Source: Tubulanus polymorphus
Taxonomy: Eukaryota; Animalia; Nemertea
DNA length: 64,000 nucleotides
Reading direction: 5' to 3'
Assembly (NCBI RefSeq): GCF_964204645.1
Contig: NC_134033.1
Coordinates: forward strand, 7,572,655-7,636,654
Of this stretch, positions 1 to 14,099 are shown piece after piece. The translations under genes were made by a program, and so were the position numbers. Each line of letters begins with the position of its first letter. Within the stretch, counting starts at the first letter, position 1. Below the pieces are notes generated by a model that was given only the letters and a program-made list of their open reading frames with translations, did not search any database and had not been told where the DNA came from.

Positions 1-827
1 TTTGTTGCCGCGACAATTCTTTTTTTGGTTTTGTTGCCGCGACAATTCATTAATTTGGTTTTGTCGCCCGCGACAATTCAATATTTTGGTTTTATCGCCC
101 ACGACAATTCATTACTTTGGTTTTATCTCCAGCGACAATTCATTACGGGCTATTGTGTTCACTTTTCGTCCTTCCGTCCGTCCATAGACGGAATCCAGTT
201 ATTTTGGGAAGTTTTGAAGACGCTTCAAGGTAATGTCTTGATATTTGGTTTATACATGTACCTACCCTAGACACATCGTCAGCCCAAAAACTGGCATTCT
301 GAGAATCAAATCGAGTACAAATTAATTTATTACTACCAGTGATTTGGCTGCGGGCGTCAAGCAGTTAATTTAGTTTTACTAAGATAAATCATAAGTGTAC
401 CGGGGAGTCGTAGCGTGGAGTCGTAGGCCTAAACTAAACACGCCGAAGAGATATAGCGGAGAAAAGCTGTTATGTCGACGAGGTATCAAAATAAAACAAT
501 ATATTACTTTATTCGGCCGCGGCCCTCTATATCAATACCATCAATACTCTATATTTCCTACAGTACATACCGATCATTGTCAAATCCACAAGGTATTTAC
601 TAAATACAAGTATATAACACACTCCTATCCGTATGCTGGACTCATACTTGACATTCGGAGTAAGTGTTCGCTGTGGGGGAAAGGAGATCGTTCGCTGTGT
701 CGCTTGAAGTGTTTATCGAGTTTTACGCGACCTTAAAGCTTTAGTATGGTGGCTGATAAGATAAAAAAACACGAATATGCAAATGAGGGCGACATTACGA
801 CAAAACTAAAATAACGCAAGAAAACAA

Positions 828-2150
828 TGATTTTGATTTTGTCGCCCGCGACAATTCATTATTTTGGTTTTATCGCCCACGACAATTCATTACTTTGGTT
901 TTATCGCCAGCGACAATGCATTATTTTGGTTTTGTCGCCTTCGACAATTCATTATTTTGGTTTTATATTTTGTTTTTGTCGCCCGCGACAATTTTCTTTT
1001 TTGGTGTTGTCGCCCGCGACAATTCAATATTTTGGTTTTATCGCCTGCGACAATTCATTATTTTGGTTTTGTAGCGTGAGAAAATTCATTATCTTGGTTT
1101 TATCGCCCGCGACAATTCATTATTACTGTTTTATCGCCCGTGACAATTCGTTATTTTGGTTTTGTCGCCCGCGACAATTCATCATTTTGGTTTTGTCGCC
1201 AGCGACAATTGATTATTTTGGTTTTATCGCCCGCGACAATTGATTATTTTGGTTTTATCGCCCGCGACAATTCATTATTTTGGTTTTGTCGCCCCGACAA
1301 TTCTTTTTTTGGTTTTATCTCCAGCGACAATTCATTATTTTGGTTTTGTCGCCCGCGACAATTCTTGTTTTTGGTTTTGACGCCCGCGACAATTCATTAT
1401 TTTCGTTTTATACTTTGTTTTTGTCGCCCGCGACAATTTTTTTTGGTTTTGTCGCCTGCGACAATTCAATATTTTGGTTTTGTTGCCCGCGACAATTCAT
1501 TATTTTGGTTTTATCGCCCGCGACAATTCAATATTTTGGTTTTATCGCCCACAATAATTCATTATTTTGGTTTTATCGCCCGCGACAATTCATTATTTTG
1601 GTTTTGTCGCCCCGACAATTCATTATTTTGGTTTTATCGCCCGAGACAATTCATTATTTTGGTTTTATCGCCCGCGACAATTCAATATTTTTGTTTTATC
1701 GCCCGCGACAATTCATTAGTTTGGTTTTGTCGCCCGCGACAATTCAATATTTTGGTTTTATCACCCGCGACAATTCATTATTTTGGTTTTGTCGCCCCGA
1801 CAATTCATTATTTTGGTTTTATCCCCGCGACAATTCAATATTTTTGTTTTATCGCCCGCGACAATTCATTAGTTTGGTTTTGTCGCCCGCGACAATTCAA
1901 TATTTTGGTTTTATCACCCGCGACAATTCATTATTTTGGTTTTGTCGCCCCGACAATTCATTATTTTGGTTTTATCGCCCGAGACAATTCATTATTTTGG
2001 TTTTATCGCCCGCGAAAATTCAATATTTTTGTTTTATCGCCCGCGACAATTCATTAGTTTGGTTTTGTCACCCGCGACAATTCAATATTTTGGTTTTATC
2101 ACCCGCGACAATTCATTAGTTTGGTTTTGTCGCCCGCGACAATTCTTTTT
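828..2150. repeat. 31-bp tandem satellite (consensus TTATTTTGGTTTTRTCGCCCGCGACAATTCA); shorter runs at 1-142, 3561-3683, 5093-5398
   Basis: Direct tandem units; the 31-aa period of the spurious ORFs equals 3 units. Confidence 0.95.
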
Positions 2151-3560
2151 CAGTCCACTTGCGACTTTAGTCCCAGCGGGCTATTGTGTTCACTTTTCGT
2201 CCGTCCGTCCGTCCGTCTATAGACGGAATCCAGTTATTTTGGGAAGTTTTGAAGACGCTTCAAGGTAATGTCTTGATATTTGGTTTATACATGTATCTAC
2301 CCTAGACACATCGTCAGCCCAAAAACAGGCCCTGTCAGATTAAAGATGGCCGACTGGCAGCCATTGTTGTTTGCCAAAATCAGCACTTTTTAAACATTTT
2401 CGAAGTTTTCGTGGGAAATTTTGAAGACGCTTTGATCAAGTACCTTGATCTTTCGTTTATATTTGAATCTACCAAAGGCCCATCAGCATAAGAAAATTGG
2501 GTCGATCTGACTCAAGATGGCCGTCCTATGACCTTTTTAGTGCCCAAAAATGTCAATTTTGGCCAGAATTCTAGGTCCTGTAGCTCCCTACTGGTTTGCC
2601 ATTTCTCATTGCAATTGCTGATGGGTATTCCTTAGAGAGGGATATTTTATACCTTGGACAGGTATTTTTGATCAGCTAATTATGACGCAATTGGCGGCCA
2701 TCTTGGTGTCATCAGTACTCATTCGTAGGTGGGAAAAAGTTATTCCACATTAAATCGATACCTAAGCATATTGTGTTACTATATTCAATTAGAAAGTTGT
2801 AGCCCATAACGTGTTCTATGATTTTGGTGAGTTTCAAGGTCATTGGTTTTAGTATGTGGCCATCAGGGGGCGTTGAATAATACAATAACTTAGTATTTCT
2901 ATATTATATTTGTACCAAGGCATATTTTGTTACCATGATCAATTGCGAAGTTGTAGTTCATGACATCGTCTATGATTGTTGTGAGTTTTTAAGGACATTA
3001 GTTATTCCATATAGTCACCAGGGGGCGTTGAATAGTAGAAAAGCTTAGTTTTTCCTTATTAGATTGGTACCTAGGCATAGTTTGTAACCATGATCCATTG
3101 CAAAGTTTTAGATCATGACATCGTCTATGATTGTGGTGAGTTTTTAAGGACATTAGTTATTCCATATAGTCACCAGGGGGCGTTGAATAGTAGAATGGCT
3201 TAGTATTTCCTTATTAGATTGGTACCTAGGCATATTTTGTTACTATGATCAATTGCGAAGTTGTATTTCATGACATGTACTACAATTGTGGTGAGTTTTA
3301 AGGTCATGGGGTTTTGCATATGGTCACCAGGGGCGTTGAATAGTAGAATAACTTAGTATTTCCATATTAAATTGGTAACGAGGCATATTTCACAATCAAT
3401 TACAAAATCATAGCTGCTCACATGTTCTATGATTCTGGTGGGTTTCAAGGTCATTGGTTTTTGTATATGGTCACTAGAGGGCGTTGTGTATTGAAATTGT
3501 TAGATTGTTGAGCATTTGAAACCACTTCCCAAGTGAGCATGGTGTCCCTGGACCCCTAGT
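2151..3560 (+). mobile_element. Non-autonomous Helentron-associated (HINE/DINE-1-like) element, ~1.4 kb
   Basis: (GTCC)n microsatellite near 5' end, ~155-bp internal tandem units (GGGGCGTTGAATAGTAG), 3' end GGACCCCTAGTT, inserted in a T-run with no TSD seen. Confidence 0.7.
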
Positions 3561-3683
3561 TTGGTTTTATCGCCCGCGACAATTCATTAGTTTGGTTTTG
3601 TCACCCGCGACAATTCAATATTTTGGTTTTATCACCCGCGACAATTCATTAGTTTGGTTTTGTCGCCCGCGACAATTCTTTTT

Positions 3684-5093
3684 CAGTCCACTTGCGACTT
3701 TAGTCCCAGCGGGCTATTGTGTTCACTTTTCGTCCGTCCGTCCGTCCGTCTATAGACGGAATCCAGTTATTTTGGGAAGTTTTGAAGACGCTTCAAGGTA
3801 ATGTCTTGATATTTGGTTTATACATGTATCTACCCTAGACACATCGTCAGCCCAAAAACAGGCCCTGTCAGATTAAAGATGGCCGACTGGCAGCCATTGT
3901 TGTTTGCCAAAATCAGCACTTTTTAAACATTTTCGAAGTTTTCGTGGGAAATTTTGAAGACGCTTTGATCAAGTACCTTGATCTTTCGTTTATATTTGAA
4001 TCTACCAAAGGCCCATCAGCATAAGAAAATTGGGTCGATCTGACTCAAGATGGCCGTCCTATGACCTTTTTAGTGCCCAAAAATGTCAATTTTGGCCAGA
4101 ATTCTAGGTCCTGTAGCTCCCTACTGGTTTGCCATTTCTCATTGCAATTGCTGATGGGTATTCCTTAGAGAGGGATATTTTATACCTTGGACAGGTATTT
4201 TTGATCAGCTAATTATGACGCAATTGGCGGCCATCTTGGTGTCATCAGTACTCATTCGTAGGTGGGAAAAAGTTATTCCACATTAAATCGATACCTAAGC
4301 ATATTGTGTTACTATATTCAATTAGAAAGTTGTAGCCCATAACGTGTTCTATGATTTTGGTGAGTTTCAAGGTCATTGGTTTTAGTATGTGGCCATCAGG
4401 GGGCGTTGAATAATACAATAACTTAGTATTTCTATATTATATTTGTACCAAGGCATATTTTGTTACCATGATCAATTGCGAAGTTGTAGTTCATGACATC
4501 GTCTATGATTGTTGTGAGTTTTTAAGGACATTAGTTATTCCATATAGTCACCAGGGGGCGTTGAATAGTAGAAAAGCTTAGTTTTTCCTTATTAGATTGG
4601 TACCTAGGCATAGTTTGTAACCATGATCCATTGCAAAGTTTTAGATCATGACATCGTCTATGATTGTGGTGAGTTTTTAAGGACATTAGTTATTCCATAT
4701 AGTCACCAGGGGGCGTTGAATAGTAGAATGGCTTAGTATTTCCTTATTAGATTGGTACCTAGGCATATTTTGTTACTATGATCAATTGCGAAGTTGTATT
4801 TCATGACATGTACTACAATTGTGGTGAGTTTTAAGGTCATGGGGTTTTGCATATGGTCACCAGGGGCGTTGAATAGTAGAATAACTTAGTATTTCCATAT
4901 TAAATTGGTAACGAGGCATATTTCACAATCAATTACAAAATCATAGCTGCTCACATGTTCTATGATTCTGGTGGGTTTCAAGGTCATTGGTTTTTGTATA
5001 TGGTCACTAGAGGGCGTTGTGTATTGAAATTGTTAGATTGTTGAGCATTTGAAACCACTTCCCAAGTGAGCATGGTGTCCCTGGACCCCTAGT
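3684..5093 (+). mobile_element. Tandem duplicate of the 1.4-kb HINE (period 1533 bp), only in left arm
   Basis: Essentially identical to 2151-3560. Confidence 0.75.
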
Positions 5094-5892
5094 TTGGTTT
5101 TGTCGCCCGCGACAATTCATTATTCTGGTTTTGTTGCACGCAACAATTCAATATTTTGTTTTTGTCGTCCGCGACAATTCATTATTTTGGTTTTATCGCC
5201 GCGACAATTCAATATTTTGGTTTTAACGCCCGCGACAATTCATTATTTGTGGTTTTATCGCCCGCGACAATTCATTATTTTGGTTTTATCGCCCTCGACA
5301 ATTCATTATTTTTGTTTTGTCGCCCGTGACAATTCATTATTTTGGTTTTGTCACCGGCGAAAATTCATAATTTTGGTTTTGTCCCCGTGGTTTTGTCGGA
5401 ACATTAAGTTTTTTGGTCGAACAGTGTGGTAAGGTCGTTTTGGAAATTTACTCGGTCTGGTATATTTTGGATTACTGTGTATGTCATTTGTCAGGACATT
5501 AGAAGACGACTTAGGATACTACCTTGCGTGACTCCACTAGTTAGACCGACTTATTCCAAGATGAGGCGTTCCGTTGATTTCGGCTACAAGTTTTCGTTCA
5601 GATATAATGCTGAGCCATTTCGGCAACCTATCTTTGATACTGTTTCCTAATAGCCTTGTTTAGTAATGGCTGATGTTGTACCTTATCAAATGCTTTGTCG
5701 AAATCATAAAGAGTAATTATCGCCTAACAGTCGATTTTCCAGAGTCAAATAGGACATCAAGTCCAGTTGTCCATGGTTTCAAGAAGGTCTAATTGACTGT
5801 CTGTCGAGCTTCCTCTTATAAAACTGTGTTAACCATTGAACAGGATTCAAAGACTGTGCAGAAAACCCGTTATCGCTGCTTTGCAGCTATAT

Positions 5893-8800
5893 TTCTATAT
5901 TCATATTAAATCCTAATGAACTGCATAATATATTTAATCCTGATATAGCAACTTTTCCTTTCTGTGCAAAGGTTATCTTTTTATCCTTTGTAAATTTTTT
6001 AGTGCCATCTGCGGCATAGAATCCAATGAAGAACCACTTTCTTAAATTATTTTTTTGCATTTAATACATTATCTGGAACAACTATCTTTTCTTTTGTTGA
6101 AGTATTACTTTTCACTATTGCATGAATATAGAATTTGTCATTATATTTTATAGCAAAATCTTTAGGATTATTCACATGTATTCTATAACATTGCGATGAT
6201 TTCATAACATCTATGATTTTGAATGTTTTATGTGAATAAACTTCTTCACAGAATTTCTTAATTCTTTCTAATAATTTTAAGTCTTGATTGCATAAATACC
6301 AGCAATATTTATTACCCCAAACATAATTATACACACCTGCTGAACCATCTCCCATGAAAAATCCTTTGATAAAATATTCTTTTTCTTCTAATGTTTCGGG
6401 TTCTATGTTATAAATATTATCAATTATTTCATCAAATGACATATGATTCATTCTTTGGAAAAATCTTTTATGTAATAATTCGTCTCCAATATCAGTTGGT
6501 TTTATTTCATCACCATTTCGTTTAATTAAACTATGATCTTCTGTAACATCAACGAACCCTAATTTAGTTCTAACTCTATAGATTTTCTTATTTGTTTTAT
6601 GCTTAATAATATTCTTTAATTTTTTCCATCCATTTCTTGTCCATACATCCATTAATCCATTTATTTGTATTGATTCTTTTTCACCATATGAAATATAACA
6701 TTCATTTTGTTTTGGAATTATTTCTGAAATTCTTCTTATCAATATTTTATCATTACATTTTAATAATATTGGAATCAAAATATAATATTTCAATATGCAT
6801 TTCCCCAAAAAGTGGTTGTAAAACATTATAATAAAAATCATACATTAATAATTTTGATACTTCTAAAACAGTTGAACCAATTAATATAGGTTTATTAAGT
6901 TTCATTGACGTTCTTTTTAATTTAACTGCTGTTAAATAATCTTCAAATCTTTTATTTCCTAAATGTCTAGGACTTGATTGTAAATGTCTTAATCGTTCAG
7001 AATTATTTACTAATTCAATATCATTTCTATTTCTAATATTTTCACATGTTTTGCCATAAAAACTATTATTCATTAATTTGAAGAAATCTTTTTCAAAATC
7101 TGTTTTTGATATGGTTCTCTGTTGAGTATTAAAATCTATATATTTTTCTAACCACTTCGATTGATTAAATTCGATATATCTATGTACTTTCTTTAATTTC
7201 ATTCCTTGTTTTAGATAAAATTTTAACATTCTATAATGAACAATATAATTGTATTTATTATTTTGAGTAAGTATTAATTTTTCTGTAAAAACATGATCTT
7301 TCGGTTTTATTTTCTTCTGGTATTCACTTAAATAACTATCATCTACAGTTAAATGTTCTGGGCAATAAGGTAAGTTTCTTGTTTGAAACTTTATATTTTC
7401 AGGATATTCTAAATCAACTACAAGGAAATAACCAATTGGAGCTTCGTCTTCTAAACTCATAATTGCGCTTTCCCAGTTAGTTTTATCATCATTTTCAACT
7501 TCTGTTAATATAAAATTTTTATATGGTTGGGGTTGCATCATTGCCCAGCCATATAAATTATTGGCGTCAATATATAATAATTTGTATTCATCATTTGCTT
7601 TAAAATACCTATCTCCCATAACACCACTAATTCCACCTCTAATTGATTTTTCAAATAATAAAACCATATCTGGTTCTTTTAATAAATCTAATTCTACATT
7701 TGTATATTTTAAACCATATTGCCAGGTTAAACCAGGACTAGATTAGCAATAACAAGGATCAACATTAAAATGATTCAAATTAACTTCTCTAAATTTTTCA
7801 AATATGTCAGCCAATATCATAACATCTGATTTTAAATATAAATCAACTAATTCACCATGATTTTTCATCTTAAAATGGTTCCAAATATTTAATGTTCTAT
7901 TAAACACTTCGTCTTTCACATACTCCTCTTTTAATTGATCATAAAATTGATCTTTTAATAATTCTGTTACATTAAAATCATTGTGTGTTTTATAAAATGA
8001 ATAAGGAATTGCACCTTTATATCTCAATAATTTAAAATCTTGTTCATTTGGATAATAATATCGAGTTATAACAAAATCATTATCAACTAAACTTTTTGAT
8101 AAATTATCTAATGAACTTGCTAGAAATCTATAAGAATCTAAAAATCTAATGCAACCAAATTGAAATGAAACATAATTTTCAGATGTTTTAGCTAATAGTT
8201 TAAAATCATATTTTCTTACATTTACACCATTCATAGCATTATATTCTTCTATTTCTTGATTAATTGCGCCCAATTGTCCTGATAATTGTTTTATAAATAG
8301 ATGGGTATCATAGCCTGATAAATTATGAAATAATATTGGTACGAAATTAACTTTCTTAGCTTGTAAATTGCAATCTCCATGAGCAGCTCCACGATATTTT
8401 GAATTTAAATGATCATGATTTCTAACTTTTTTATCAAATGAATAAAAACGTTTTTCACAATAACAACAATGAGTTGCATAATTAAAATCAATTTCATCTT
8501 CTTTTGTCATAACTATTCTTTTATTTTTGTTTAATAATTTTGCAAAATCACTTTCTAATTCAATCATTTTATCACAAAAATCATTAACTACATTTTCACC
8601 TCTAAAAGAAATATATTGACTTTCATATAATTCGGGATAATTTGATTTTATATAAATTCCAAAAACAGCAGCTCTTTGATGAACTTTTTTAATTGTATTT
8701 ATAATTGGTGGGTCTTGTATTGTGTCTTCATTTAATTCATTTCCTTTATCCATTGATTTTAATAATTGCTTTTTGTTATATATTTCTTTTCTATCTTGAT

Positions 8801-10322
8801 CAGTTAATTCTTTATTCAACGATTCAAAATCTCCATAAATTACAAATGGAACAATATTCTTAAATTTATGATTAGTAAATTTCAATTTATAATCTTTTTC
8901 TGTTGGCATTATTAATTTGCAAAAATCTTTATTATCACATAATTCTTTATGTTTTAATAATGTATTCTCAGTCATAAATTTAGATAAACATTTTCTACAT
9001 AGATAAATTTTATGATGATGATCACTTTCTGTTCTAAAGAATAAATCAATTTGTTTTAACCACATATAATGTTCATGTTCATCTTTTTTGTAATATAACA
9101 AATCTATAGCATTTTCATCATAATAATATTCTGTTAAATATAAAGCTTCCAATGTATAATCTTTAATATTTTCACCTTTTGTCTTTGGTAATTGCATTAA
9201 TTCGAATACATTTATTTTTAAATTATTAAATTTTTCTATTTTAGAAATCATTTTTATAGTTACTGGATATTGATCAATTTTATATAATGTTTCATATTTC
9301 CGATAATCTGTTATTCTACAAACATTTTCCCGTGTTGGATGTAAGCAACTAATAATTGACCATAGAAAACATTTATTATCTTCATTTTGAACATTTATTA
9401 CTGCTTTTGTTGTAAATGGTAATTTAATATAAGATGATGCTTTAATATCCTTTTCTGTTGTAAAGTTTGAATCATTTTCAAACATTGTTTTACTTTTTGA
9501 TGTTTTATTTCTTTTTGTATTATAAACATTTAAATCTAAATATATAATTTCATTCAATGTTAAGCCAGAACCCTCAAAATATCTTTCTTCAATATGACGT
9601 TTAAATTCATTAAATATTTTTTCTAACTTCTCTTTTATTTGTGTTTTTGAAATTATTTCTTCAGAGTGTGTTTGAATATTATAATTCATTTTTTCTTCTG
9701 ACTTTATAAAACTTACTTTCCCAGAGATACTAATTTTTGGATATTCAACATCTGTTATCAAATCTAGTATTTTTTCTATTATTTCATTAAATGTACTATA
9801 ATCTTCTATTGTTGTTCCTTTAAAAAATCTAAATATAATAGCTGCAGGACCAATTTTAATTTTACTATGTAATGTTTCTAAAATTTCAATTGTATCTTTT
9901 ATTTCTAGTGAATCAATATAATTTCTAACATTTTCCATGTAAGGGTTATTTGAAATGGATTTAGTTTTTGAAGTTGGCTTTTTTACTTTTTGAGGTTTAT
10001 CATCAAAATAATCTTTTCCTAAAACATTATTACTCAAATTTTGATGGTGTTTTTGTGATTCGAGATGTCTATTATAATTCCTTTTTACTATAAATTCATT
10101 ACAAACTTCACATTTTATTTCATCCACATTCATATTTTCTAATCTTTCTTTTCTTTCATTGGAATTTTCTGGAGTTTCAAAATCTATTACATTTTTTATA
10201 TGATTTGCAGTTTTTTCATGTCGTGTTTTATTAGATGTATCGACGTATTTTTTACAATATGTGCAATAATATTGATCTTTATTAACATTATTGTTTTCTG
10301 GCTGGTGTTCATTCTCCCCCAT
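5893..10322 (-). pseudogene. Mirror copy of Polinton A pPolB with N-terminal part of intein
   Basis: ORFs 7743-10322, 6753-7667, 6047-6841; TAC>TAA stop at 7743; 17-bp deletion at intein start. Confidence 0.93.
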
Positions 10323-10337
10323 TTATTAGGGAAAAAA

Positions 10338-10407
10338 ATTACTTGTGGTGATGAGTGGTGTCTCGTCATCTCGTCCTCTGATCTGAAAGCCAACTTTTCC
10401 AATGACT
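10338..10407 (-). repeat. Mirror copy of Polinton A left TIR
   Basis: Reverse complement of 16220-16289. Confidence 0.9.
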
Positions 10408-10894
10408 TGCGTGTAAGGTATTAAGTTTGGTGCAATGTCAACATTTGAATAAAGTTTATCTAGATTAATTCCTAACAGTTTAGCCATAGGTTTTTTAACT
10501 AAAAATTTATGTTGTTCATCTTTATCTAACTTTATTCTTACTTTATTATTGATATCACTTTTTAAAAATTTAATTACAAATCCAGCAGCCGCGCCCATTT
10601 TTGCCCTAGCTCTTCTATTAATTTCTTGCGCTAATGTTTCTAAATTATATAATCCTGGTCTTATAAATATATGATACCATTTATCGGCATTTCTATCAAA
10701 AATCATAAACAATCTATGTTCAATAGATTTACCCGATATATTATAAAAAGAATTACATAAACTTATATTAACTAATTTTAAATCAACACTATCTAATTAA
10801 ATTCTCTATCTAATTGTACTAGTAAATTATAAGATTTATAATTTGTAAGTCTTCCAGAATCAACCAATATTCTGTATTCTTTTAATTCCGCCAT
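10408..10894 (-). pseudogene. Mirror copy of Polinton B penton N-terminal part
   Basis: Same protein as 15733-16219. Confidence 0.8.
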
Positions 10895-11099
10895 TTATTT
10901 TACATATTTTCTTATTCGAAATCTATTTCATGATGCCCTTTTTCATTCTTACCTTTGTATACGAAATAGAAATCCCCAGAACATAATTCTTCTAAATCTT
11001 CACTTGATAATCTATGAAATCTATCCGGTAAATATGTTCTGAATTTATATGTATTTCCTTTTAATCCTTCATATTCTAAGTGTATAACTAATTTATCTC

Positions 11100-13668
11100 T
11101 GAAACTCCTCCTCTTATAGATTTTTCAAATAATAGTAATTGATCTATATTTGTTAACAAATCCATTTTTTAAACTGTAAATTTTAAAAAACAATCGCATG
11201 TTAATCCTGGGCTAGAATAACAATGACAAGGATCAATATTGAAATATTTTAGGTTTACATCTCTAAACCTTTCGAATATATCGGTTAATAATAATACATC
11301 TGATTGTAGATATGAATCTACTAATTGCCCATGATTTTCTATTTTGAAATGATTCCAAATATTCAATGTTCTATTATATACTTCATCTTTAACATATTCA
11401 TTTTTTAATTCATCATAGAATTGTTCTTTTAATAATTCAGTTATGTTAAAATCATTATGATTTTTATAGAAAGAATATGGAATTGCGCCTTTATATCTCA
11501 TTAATTTAAAATCATCATTATTTGGGTAATGTTGTTTTAATATCTTTAATTCATCAAACTAATGATTTTGATAAGTTATCTAATGAACTATTTAAAAATC
11601 TATATGAATCTATAAATCTTAGGCAACCAAATTGGAATGATATATAATTCTCAGATGTTTTAGCTAACATTTTAAATTTATAAGTTGGTATTTTATCTTT
11701 TGATCTATTGAAATTTAATCTTTCTATTTCATTATTGATTTCTTCTATTTTATTACATAGCTGTTTGATAAATAAATGAGCATCATATCCTGATAGATTA
11801 TGAAATATAACTGGTACGAAATTAATTTTCTTAGCTTGTAAGTTACAATTCTCATGTGCAGCACCTGTAAACTTTCCGTTCAAATGATCATGGTCTCTTA
11901 CTTTTTTATCTTTATAATTAAATATCTTTTCACAATAATAACATTTATCTGCAAACTCAAATGCTTCTTTATCTTCTTCTGTCATAATTATTTCTTTATT
12001 TGTATTCAATAATTTACTAAATCTTATTTCATATTCAATTAATAGGTCACAAAAATGATTGATAACATTTTCATTTCTATAATGATAATATTCACTTTCA
12101 ATTAGTTCTGGATAATCAGATTTAATATATAACCCGAAAGCAGTAGCTGATTGATGAATCTTTTTAATAGTATTTGTTTTTGTGGTTCATCTGAAAAATC
12201 ATTTTCATTAGAATTTAATTTCTTTCTTTTATAATATATTTCTTTTCTATCTTGATCAGTTAGTTCTTTATGTAATGATTCAAAATCTCCATATATTACA
12301 AATGGAACTTTACTTTTGTAATCATATTTTTTGAATTCTAATATTTGATCCTTTTCATTTGGTAAAACTAATTTACAATAATCATGATTTTCACATAATT
12401 GTTTATGATTTAATAATGCACTTTCAGTTCTGAATTTATGTAAACATTTTCTACATAGATATATTTTATTATCAAAATCATTTTCTGATTTGAAAAATAA
12501 ATCGATTTGTTTAATCCACATATAATGATTCTCATAATATAATATATCTATAACACCATTTGAATCATAATCTTTTGATAGGTATAAAGGTTCTAATGTA
12601 TAATGTTTTATATTGTTACCTTTTCTATTTAAAAGGATAATTATCTATCTTATAATTATTTTCAAATGGTTTATAATGAGTTAATCTATAAGTATGTTTA
12701 TTATAATCTTCAACTGGGTGTAAACAACTAATTATTGCCCATAGAAAACATTTATCATCTTCATTTTGTACATTTATAACAGCATTAGTTTTAAATGGTA
12801 ATTTGATATAACTCGATGCTTCAATATCTGGTTCTTTATAATATGATACATTATTATCATATATTGGTTTCGATTTAGTTAACTTATTATATTTTGTGTT
12901 ATAAACATGTTAAGTCATAAATATTATTTCATCAAATATTAAACCAGATCCTTCAAAATATTTCTCTTCTATTTTAGTTTTTACTTCATTATAACATTTA
13001 TCTAATTTATCATCTATATGTTGTTTTGAAATAATATGTTGTGAATGAGAATTTATATTATATATTGGTTTATCTTCAGATTTTATAAACTTTACTTTAG
13101 AAGATATACTAATTTTAGGGTATTCAACATCAGTAATTATTTTTATAATATTTTTCATATTTTCTAAATGTTTTTTATTTTCTTCTAATGTTTTTCCTTT
13201 ATGAAATTTAAACTCGATAGCTGCTGGGCCAATATCACTTTTAAATGCTTCGGTTATCTCTATATCTTTTTTATTATCTAATGAATTAATATAATTTCTT
13301 ACATCTTCCATGTATGGTCTTTTATTGTTTAATTTATTTCTTATTCTTTTAATTGTCTTATAATTCTTATCGTTATCATTATCAAAATAATCCTCACCTA
13401 AAATATCATTATTCATATTTCTAATATGACTTTTAGATTTTAAATGTTCTTTATAATATCTTTTATCACTGAATGATTGATTACATGTATCACATTTGTA
13501 TGTTTCTTTTTCATTCTTTAATTCATCTAATTTAGTTTCTAATATATCATCTTTATATTCTAATTTCAATTTATTCTCTAAATGTGTTTTAGTTTTATTG
13601 TGTCTTGATTTTTGGGATTTATCTATATTGATATTACACGTTGGACAGTAGTACTTATTTGCTTCCAT
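11100..13668 (-). pseudogene. Polinton B pPolB, N-terminal ~two-thirds, frameshifted
   Basis: Zn fingers, KCFLWA, YGDFES, VRDHDH...AAH..CN, FHNLSGYDAH, YLQSDV; truncated after SIRGGVS. Confidence 0.92.
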
Positions 13669-14099
13669 TTTAATACTAAATTTTTTTTTTAAATTGATTT
13701 TAGAAGTTCAATGATTTAAAAACGTATTATTTCAATCACACTTTACTAACACTTTTAATGTTTAAAAATCTAACTCATACAAATATAAATATTGAAATAA
13801 TGTTTAAAATATATCTATATATCTATTCTATAAGAGCTTGTTAATTACTCGTTACTTTTATATTGAATAATCTATCAATTTATATGTTATTCATATGTAT
13901 AAATATTTTAAGAGTAATAGGGGTTTAGTTGGTTCAGGTTAAAGGTTGAATGGTCGAGTTCATTAAAAAATAAATATTAAAAGGAATTTAAAACTATAAT
14001 ATATTTTCATAGCCGTGTGTATTTTAGTTAAATAATAGAATAATTATTATTATTTGAATATATTTGATTATATGAATTTGTGTGTTGTAAATAAATCAA

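Larger units (their letters stand above)
1..5892 (+). mobile_element. Mirror copy of the 3' part of the Helentron-type composite
   Basis: Ends in CAGAAAACCC sub-TIR + GCTGC-TTT-GCAGC hairpin + TATAT at 5860-5892, abutting the intein remnant. Confidence 0.75.
1..11099. repeat. Left arm of giant inverted duplication (continues off the window start)
   Basis: Mirror ORFs (10326-10712 minus = 15915-16301 plus; 395-736 plus = 24204-24545 minus). Complementarity ends at c11099/g15528. Confidence 0.95.

Noticed and set aside
395-736. 113-aa ORF repeated at 24204 and 25675
   Set aside because: Non-ATG start inside a repeat block; disrupted in the diverged copies at ~27600 and ~32200.
827-2268. Long ORFs rich in RQFIILVLSPATIHYFGF (also 22791-27411, 30417-31677)
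   Set aside because: Stop-free read-through of the satellite in all three frames.
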